A DNA stretch of 64,000 nt. Source: an uncultured Verrucomicrobiales bacterium (GTDB lineage Bacteria; Verrucomicrobiota; Verrucomicrobiia; JADLBR01; JAIBCM01). The notes under the pieces were generated by a model that made no database searches, was not told the DNA's origin, and was given only the letters and a program-made list of their open reading frames with translations. The stretch lies in the NCBI GenBank assembly GCA_964435495.1, contig CAYSZK010000005.1, forward strand, positions 9,434 through 73,433. Reading direction: 5' to 3'. Shown piece after piece: positions 58,086 through 64,000 of the stretch (position 1 is the stretch's first letter; each line of letters opens with the position of its first letter). The position numbers and the translations under genes are program-made.

Positions 58086-61000
58086 ATGAGAAACCATTTT
58101 ATGGCCGCGGTGGTGTGTGCGCTCGTGCCCGCAGCGGGATGGGCGCAAACGAACTGGAACACCAACAGCAGCGGGTTTTGGAACAACAACGCCAACTGGA
58201 CCGCCAACTTCCCCAACGGCAACGGGTCCCAGCCGCGGTTTGGGACCCTCGTCACTGAAGACATCACGGTCACCCTCGGCCAGAACATCACCTTTGGCTC
58301 AGTCGTGTTCGAGAACTTTCGCGGCGGTTACACCCTCGACGGCGGCAACACGAACGGCATGAACCAGCAGCCCTCCGGCGGCACATCCCTGCGCGTCGGC
58401 GCGGGCGCCCTCGGCGGCTACACCATCAAGGGGATGACCAATTTCGCGCCCAACGGCGTGGTCACGTTCGCGAACCAGTCCTCCTTTTCCACCCTGCAGT
58501 TGGAGAACAACTACACCCTCCCGGGAACGCTCTCCGGCGGCGGCGCGGGCGAAGGAACGATTGTCCTGGCGGGAACCAACCTGAGCGCCAGCCAGGCGGT
58601 CACCTTGGGCGCGGGCCGCTACAAGATTCGCGACGTCACGGCACTCGGCGGTACCGGGGAGTTCGCCGTTCAGGGCGGCGCGGTGATCATGGGGATGGAC
58701 GCGCCGCTGGATCTTTCAACCAAGAACTTCACCAGCCAGGGCGGCGAAAATGTCTATTTTGGCGGCGACCAGGCGATCACCATGGGCAACCTGGTCCCCG
58801 GTGCGTCCAGCAGATTCCTTTACTCCTCGAATTCGGAGTTGGTGACCATCGGCGACATCGGGATCAGCTCCGGAAACCAACAAAATTCCCTCCGGTTTTT
58901 CGGCACCGGCGACTTTCTGGTCCGCGGCAGCATTACCAACGGCGGAACCAACACCCGCCTTGTCTTCATCCAGACGATGGGTTCCTCGGTCACGTTCGCC
59001 GGCACCAACAGCGGCATCAACAACGTCGTCCTGGGCTCGGGCGAGCTGATCCTTGATTACTCGAACAACACGGGCAACAAGCTGCCCACCGGCACCAACG
59101 CGCTTTACTTCGGCGGCGGCGAACTCACGGTCCTGGGCAACAACAGCCAGGGGATCACCCAATCGGTCAACGGCATCACCGATGGCAGCATCGACAATGC
59201 CAACCGGCGCGGCGCGTCCCGGTTCACCGTCGTCTCCGGCACCAACCAGGCGGCGGAGCTGGATCTGAACCTCATCTCCCGGAGCAGCTCGACCCTGGAC
59301 TTCCATCTGGTGACCAACGGCGTGTCGGGCGCGCCCACGATCAAGGTCGCCAACGCCAACAACTCGCGGGGCATCCTGGGCGGCTGGGCGACGCTCAACG
59401 GCAACACCTGGGCGGTGCGGGACAACACCACCAGCAACATCGTCGGTTTCACCGGCTACGCCACATCGATCACCGCCGACACCAACGTCACCCTGGCGGC
59501 GGGCGCCACCGCCGGGCCCAACGCAAACACCTCCCTGCACACCCTGCGTTTCGCCGAAGCCGGCGCCGCCAACCTGAACCTCGGGACGGGCAACGTCAAC
59601 ATCGCCACCGGCGTGGGCGGCATCCTGGTCACTTCGAACGTGGGCGCCAACGACGTCACCATCACCCAGACCGGCGTGGGGGTATTGAACTTGAACGCCG
59701 AGACCGTGATCCAGCAGCACAACACCAACGGCGCGCTGGTCTTGGACACCCGCGTGGGCGGCGGCGCCTCGCTGATCAAGGCCGGCGCGGGCACGCTGGT
59801 CCTCCTGCGCAGCAACAGCATGGCCGGCAGCGTCCAGCTTTTCGAGGGCACCATCCAGATCGGCGACGACAACGCCCTTGGCACCGGACAGCTCAATTTC
59901 CGCGATTTCGAAGGCAAGGCCACCTTGGAGGCCATCAACGGCGCCCGGACCATCGCGAATGGTATGGGCGGAGTTCAAACCACCGGCTCCAGCATCAATT
60001 ACGGCGTCCGGTTCGCCGGAACCAACGCGATGACGTTCACGGCCGAGGCCAACTTCGGTTCCGACACCCGGCCGGACATCATTACCATGGACGCCGACGC
60101 CGCGGTCACGTTCAGCAACCGCGTCTATCTCAGCGACAATGCCAACGGGGCGCGGCTCATCCTGCAGGGCGACGGGTCCGGGGATTTGGTCTTTGCGGAC
60201 TCGTTCCGCAACAACGGGCAAACCGCCGGGGGAGTTGTCATCGACCGGACCGAGGGCGCCACCTACTTCAATGCCATCAACCACATCTCCGGTTCAAGCC
60301 AGAGCGTCCGGGTTGAGGAAGGCATTCTGGTGCTTGGCACCACCAGCGTCGTCAACCAAAGCACCTTTACGGCGGTGCTGACGAGCAACAGCGCCGTCAT
60401 CGGCGTCAGCGACGCCTCCGGCCTCGTCGTGGGCCAGCGGCTCGTTGGCACAGGCATCCCAGGCCACGCGTACATCACCGCGATTGACGGCACCAACGTG
60501 ACCCTCCGCGCAGCCGTCAGCACCAACACCACCTCGACCGTCACGGGCGCCGGCGCCAGCGTGGTCGGCTCCAACGCCGCCTTTGTCGCCGCCTCGGGCG
60601 TGCTCGAGCTTGGCGTCAACGGCGTCTTCCAACGCCCCGGCGGCGGGTCGGTTGTGGACGCCAACTCCTCCGGCGCCATCGGCATCGGCGTCACGAACTT
60701 CGATCAGAACCTCGACTTCGCCACGCTCGGCAACAGGGCGATGTGGCTGGGTTCGGGCACGGGCGGGCGGATCGTGGGCGGTACGATTACGCCGGGCACC
60801 AACAACGCCTACCGCTTCGGCGGCGGCGGCAACGAGCTGGTCATCGAACCCGCGGGCTACCTGACCGGCGCCTGCGACGTGATCGTGGGCGAATCCGGCC
60901 TGTTCAAGGGGGACCAGACCAGGATCACCCTGGCGGGCAACCAGGATTTCACGGGCCGGACCTTTATCCGGGCGGGCACGCTCCAACTTGGCGAAGGCGG

Positions 61001-61745
61001 CGCCACAGGAGCCATCGGCACCAACACCGTCTATAACGACGCCACGCTGGTGTTCAACCGGAGCAACACGTACGACTTCGGCAACACGATGCTGGGCACG
61101 GGCCGCGTCATCCAGGCCGGGTCCGGCGTGGCCAATCTCACCGGCGCCAACACCTACTCCGGCGGCACCTACGTCTCCAACGGCACGCTGCTTGCCAACA
61201 ACGCCACCGGCAGCGCGACCGGCACCAACTTCGTTAATGTGTACAGCGGCGGCGCCCTGGGCGGCACCGGAACCATCGCCGGCGCCGTAAGCGTACTGGC
61301 CGGCGGCACAATGCGCCCCGGCAACAGCCCCGGCACACTGGCGATCAGCAACGACCTGGACCTGGCCGCGGGTTCGTTCGCCGAGTTCGAGATCAACGGG
61401 ACCAACGCCGGGCAATTTGACCGGGTCGTCGGCATTCTGGACCTGGATTACGGCGGCACGCTGACGCTCAATATCGGCATGGCCGTGGTGGGGGGCGAGA
61501 GCTGGGACCTTTTCGATTTTGGGTTCCAGACCAACGCGTTCGCCGCGGTCAATCTCACCAACCTCTACTCCGGCGCCTTCAGCCTCGCCGGCGATCTCTG
61601 GACCCTCAACGACGGGAGCTTCGATTGGTCGTTCAACGAGGTGGACGGAATCCTGTCGGTCGCGGTGATCCCGGAGCCTTCCACGGTGGGAATGCTGCTG
61701 ATGGGCGGATTGGCCTTGCTGGCCGGCTGCCGCCGGCGCCGCTGA
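58086..61745 (+). CDS. Giant (1219 aa) PEP-CTERM surface protein with autotransporter-associated beta-strand repeats
   Basis: Signal peptide. Multiple G.GTLVL.G.NTY.G.T.V..GTL-type repeats (AGAGTLVLLRSNSMAGSVQLFEGTIQIG; GSGVANLTGANTYSGGTYVSNGTLLANN). C-terminal VIPEPSTVGMLLMGGLALLAGCRRRR. Confidence 0.8.
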   Translation: MRNHFMAAVVCALVPAAGWAQTNWNTNSSGFWNNNANWTANFPNGNGSQPRFGTLVTEDITVTLGQNITFGSVVFENFRGGYTLDGGNTNGMNQQPSGGTSLRVGAGALGGYTIKGMTNFAPNGVVTFANQSSFSTLQLENNYTLPGTLSGGGAGEGTIVLAGTNLSASQAVTLGAGRYKIRDVTALGGTGEFAVQGGAVIMGMDAPLDLSTKNFTSQGGENVYFGGDQAITMGNLVPGASSRFLYSSNSELVTIGDIGISSGNQQNSLRFFGTGDFLVRGSITNGGTNTRLVFIQTMGSSVTFAGTNSGINNVVLGSGELILDYSNNTGNKLPTGTNALYFGGGELTVLGNNSQGITQSVNGITDGSIDNANRRGASRFTVVSGTNQAAELDLNLISRSSSTLDFHLVTNGVSGAPTIKVANANNSRGILGGWATLNGNTWAVRDNTTSNIVGFTGYATSITADTNVTLAAGATAGPNANTSLHTLRFAEAGAANLNLGTGNVNIATGVGGILVTSNVGANDVTITQTGVGVLNLNAETVIQQHNTNGALVLDTRVGGGASLIKAGAGTLVLLRSNSMAGSVQLFEGTIQIGDDNALGTGQLNFRDFEGKATLEAINGARTIANGMGGVQTTGSSINYGVRFAGTNAMTFTAEANFGSDTRPDIITMDADAAVTFSNRVYLSDNANGARLILQGDGSGDLVFADSFRNNGQTAGGVVIDRTEGATYFNAINHISGSSQSVRVEEGILVLGTTSVVNQSTFTAVLTSNSAVIGVSDASGLVVGQRLVGTGIPGHAYITAIDGTNVTLRAAVSTNTTSTVTGAGASVVGSNAAFVAASGVLELGVNGVFQRPGGGSVVDANSSGAIGIGVTNFDQNLDFATLGNRAMWLGSGTGGRIVGGTITPGTNNAYRFGGGGNELVIEPAGYLTGACDVIVGESGLFKGDQTRITLAGNQDFTGRTFIRAGTLQLGEGGATGAIGTNTVYNDATLVFNRSNTYDFGNTMLGTGRVIQAGSGVANLTGANTYSGGTYVSNGTLLANNATGSATGTNFVNVYSGGALGGTGTIAGAVSVLAGGTMRPGNSPGTLAISNDLDLAAGSFAEFEINGTNAGQFDRVVGILDLDYGGTLTLNIGMAVVGGESWDLFDFGFQTNAFAAVNLTNLYSGAFSLAGDLWTLNDGSFDWSFNEVDGILSVAVIPEPSTVGMLLMGGLALLAGCRRRR

Positions 61746-61892
61746 GGAGGCGGCGCTCTCCCGAGCCCCCCTTTTTAGTCCCTCCCGTGCCTGGCGCCGC
61801 ATGCGGACCGCCGCCGCCGAAGGACGCTGGTGGCCGCGCTAATGTTCGGTCCAGGCCTTGCGGCGCGGCCCCAACTGGACTATTAGTCTGGG

Positions 61893-62096
61893 GTGGCGGG
61901 TAAAAAAAAACTGTTGGCCGCGGCCGAAAAGCTACGGGCCGTCCGCGGATTGGACGAACACGAGCGCCTCTTGTACGCCGCAAGCCTGCTGGCCACGCCC
62001 GAAGAGCGGTGGCGGCGCCATCAAGCCTATCTCCGCTCGGTCGGCTTGTCGCGGGCCTCAAAGAAGGCGGCATTCGCTTCCAAGTGGTCGGGATGA
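61893..62096 (+). CDS. Small helical ORF (GTG start followed by an A9 tract), overlaps the NTase gene out of frame
   Basis: KKKLLAAAEKLRAVRGLDEHERLLYAASLLATPEERW reads protein-like. It overlaps 62009-62096 of the next ORF, so at most one of the two N-terminal models is right. Confidence 0.25.
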   Translation: MAGKKKLLAAAEKLRAVRGLDEHERLLYAASLLATPEERWRRHQAYLRSVGLSRASKKAAFASKWSG

Positions 62097-62464
62097 CCGC
62101 GGCCATCCTCCAAGGCGCCCCCGGAACCACCGTGGACACGGACCTCTGGGTTGACCTGCCCGAACGCGCCTACATGCGCGTCATCAATCTGTGCGCGAGG
62201 CAAGGCGCCGAAATCATCCGGCCCACCGTCGTCGCGCTCCAGGACGGGACTCTGGTAAATTTCTGTTACCGGCTGGACGGAGTGGGGGCGTTCGCGTCGG
62301 AGTGGAAGCGGGCGCGCCGCCTGAAGCTCGCCGGCCAGACGGTCCGTGTCATGCCGCTGAGGTCGATCATCCGCAGCAAGGCCGCCGCGGGGCGCGAGAA
62401 AGACATCGCGCAATTGCCAATCCTCCGCAAGACCGCGGCCTGCGGCCGCGTCTTGCGCCGGTGA
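62009..62464 (+). CDS. Pol-beta-superfamily nucleotidyltransferase domain protein (MNT/AbiEii-like, candidate toxin-antitoxin component)
   Basis: GhhG...G...(x)DxD pattern (VVGMTAAILQGAPGTTVDTDLWVD) and C-terminal KAAAGREKDIAQLPIL. Its last ~12 bp belong to the downstream 324-bp repeat. Confidence 0.45.
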   Translation: MAAPSSLSPLGRLVAGLKEGGIRFQVVGMTAAILQGAPGTTVDTDLWVDLPERAYMRVINLCARQGAEIIRPTVVALQDGTLVNFCYRLDGVGAFASEWKRARRLKLAGQTVRVMPLRSIIRSKAAAGREKDIAQLPILRKTAACGRVLRR

Positions 62465-63113
62465 CGGCGCGCGCGAATCCCCGAAGCGGCATTCCCAATC
62501 GCCGGGCCGAAATTCGGCGCGGAGCCAGTCCGTCCGGCCCAGGCGGTCCATCCCAAAAACAACTGTCACTTTTGGTGATCCGATCGGATCACCAAAAGTG
62601 TCGGTTTGTTTTGCCCTTGGGACACGGAGGCCGGGGCGAAAATGGCCGGCCCACAAGCCCTTCCGAACTTTGTCCGGCAACGCTCCCCTTGCCAGGCGAC
62701 AGGGTGCGCGAAAAATACCGGCGAATCGCGCTCTCAGCCCCGATTCCGAGAGAACCGGTTACGGAGCGGGCGCGGATTGCGCCGGTGACGGCGCGCGCGA
62801 ATCCCCGAAGCGGCATTCCCAATCGCCGGGCCGAAATTCGGGGCGGAGCCAGTCCGTCCGGCGTGCGGCCCAGGCGGTCCATCCCAAAAACAACTGTCAC
62901 TTTTGGTGATCCGATCAGATCATCAAAAGTGTCGGTTAGTTTTGCCCTTGGGACAGGGACCCCGGGGCGAAAATGGCCGGCCCACAAGCCCTTCCGGGCT
63001 TTGTCCGGCAACGCTCCCCTTGCCAGGCGGCGGGGTGCGCGAAAAAAAACCGGCGAATCGCGCTCTCAGCCCCGCCTCCGCGAGAGCCGCGTGCGGCGCG
63101 GGCGCGGATTGCT
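62453..63113. repeat. 324-bp tandem duplication (2 copies + partial junction), each copy carrying a large palindrome
   Basis: 62453-62776 and 62777-63100 align base by base at >90% identity, and the junction motif TTGCGCCGGTGACGGCGCGCGCGAATCC recurs. Confidence 0.85.
62567..62600. other. 34-bp perfect palindrome CACTTTTGGTGATCCGAT|CGGATCACCAAAAGTG flanked by complementary A/T tracts (AAAAACAACTGT ... CGGTTTGTTTT)
   Basis: The arms are exact reverse complements (16+2+16). The second copy at 62898-62931 has 2 mismatches in the right arm. It could act as a bidirectional intrinsic terminator or an operator. Confidence 0.6.
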
Positions 63114-63166
63114 TTGGGGCGCAGCGGCCTTGCATCCTGGCGGGGGCTTGCCAATGTTCCGGCTTC

Positions 63167-64000
63167 GTGCGCATCGAGATGCTCAACACCGGCAGTGAAC
63201 TGCTCCTCGGCCAGGTCCTAAACACCCATGTCCAATCCCTCGGGCGGCGCCTCTTGGAAATGGGGCTTTCCCTCCAACGCCAGGTGACCGTGCCCGACGG
63301 TCCGCCGATCCGGGAGGCGCTGGCCGAAGCGCTGGGGCGCGCCGACGTGGTGCTTGTGACCGGCGGGCTGGGGCCGACGTCGGACGACATCACGCGCAAC
63401 GCCGTGGCGGAGCTGTTGGGCAGGCCCTTGCGCAGGGATGCGGTTGTGGTGGAAGCGATCCGGGCGCGGTTCGGACGGCGCGGGATGGCGATGCCGGACT
63501 CCAACCTGGTCCAGGCAGACGTGCCGGAGGGCGCGGAAGTCTTGCCAAACCCCAACGGCACGGCGCCCGGCCTTTATTTGGAGGACCGTGGACGGCACAT
63601 TTTTTTATTGCCGGGACCGCCGCGGGAGCTGCAACCGATGTTCGAGGAGCAGGTGGCGCCGCGGTTGCGCGCGTGGGGCAAGGGGGCGGTGGTGTGCCGG
63701 ATTCTGCGGACGACGGGCATGGGCGAGTCTTGGATTCAGGAGCAAATAGAGCCGGACCTGCACGCGGCGGCGACCGGGGTGGAGATTGGTTATTGCGCGC
63801 GGCCTGGGGAGGTGGACATCCGGCTGGTCCACGCTTCCGACGCGGCGCGGGTGGAGGCGGCGGCGGCGTGGGTGCGCGACCGTCTGGGGGCGATTGTGTT
63901 TGGGACGGGCCAGGAACCGCTGGAGGCGGTGGTGATCCGGCGGGCGGCGGAGCTGGGCGCGGCTTTGGCGGTGGCGGAGAGCTGCACGGGCGGGCGGGTC
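63167..64000 (+). CDS. cinA: CinA family protein (NMN amidohydrolase/competence-damage protein), partial - runs off the window
   Basis: MLNTGSELLLGQVLNTH ... VLVTGGLGPTSDDITR (MoCF-like domain) and a later CinA C-terminal domain beginning. There is no stop before 64000. Confidence 0.75.
   Translation, partial: MRIEMLNTGSELLLGQVLNTHVQSLGRRLLEMGLSLQRQVTVPDGPPIREALAEALGRADVVLVTGGLGPTSDDITRNAVAELLGRPLRRDAVVVEAIRARFGRRGMAMPDSNLVQADVPEGAEVLPNPNGTAPGLYLEDRGRHIFLLPGPPRELQPMFEEQVAPRLRAWGKGAVVCRILRTTGMGESWIQEQIEPDLHAAATGVEIGYCARPGEVDIRLVHASDAARVEAAAAWVRDRLGAIVFGTGQEPLEAVVIRRAAELGAALAVAESCTGGRV

Noticed and set aside
62027-63011. Minus-strand ORFs inside the 324-bp duplication (MPDKVRKGLWAGHFRPG... twice)
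   Set aside because: The two near-identical peptides simply reflect translation of the duplicated non-coding unit across the palindrome. They have no domain-like features and run antisense into the NTase gene.

Overview
This is a 64-kb, high-GC (roughly two-thirds G+C by eye) chromosomal segment with a Verrucomicrobia-like gene inventory: two PEP-CTERM proteins, a GloVer-type beta-propeller repeat protein, and a pilus cluster containing a fused PilM-PilN and a protein that aligns by eye to Akkermansia Amuc_1100. Most of the window is housekeeping on both strands: queA, dsbD, hisC, tag, the recO-ybeY-(7TMR-HD)-phoH operon, uvrC, glgC, ribH-nusB-ftsY-trmB, rplT-rpmI-infC-thrS, tpiA, lpdA, tRNA-Arg(CCG), tRNA-Leu(TAA) and cinA (partial). 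Stop/start ATGA or GTGA overlaps are frequent. The non-routine content is: (1) a tightly coupled three-gene operon of SAM-methyltransferase, flavin monooxygenase and type III polyketide synthase, the architecture of bacterial alkylresorcinol/phenolic-lipid clusters; (2) a voltage-gated BacNav-type channel placed divergently from a secreted EF-hand Ca-binding protein; (3) a GPH-family transporter with a ~200-aa Ala-rich insertion followed by a GH35 beta-galactosidase lacking its N-terminal barrel segment; (4) a frameshifted sulfatase gene remnant next to a coiled-coil PD-(D/E)xK protein that contains in-frame 33-bp tandem repeats; (5) a GC-hairpin (REP-like) repeat family at two loci, an ~85-bp tandem repeat downstream of tRNA-Leu, and a 324-bp tandem duplication carrying a 34-bp perfect palindrome upstream of cinA; (6) long homopolymer tracts that are unusual for this GC content (G11 inside glgC, C9 upstream of the transporter, A9 at the start of a small ORF). 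Many long antisense ORFs in the six-frame track are GC-driven shadow ORFs and are not called.
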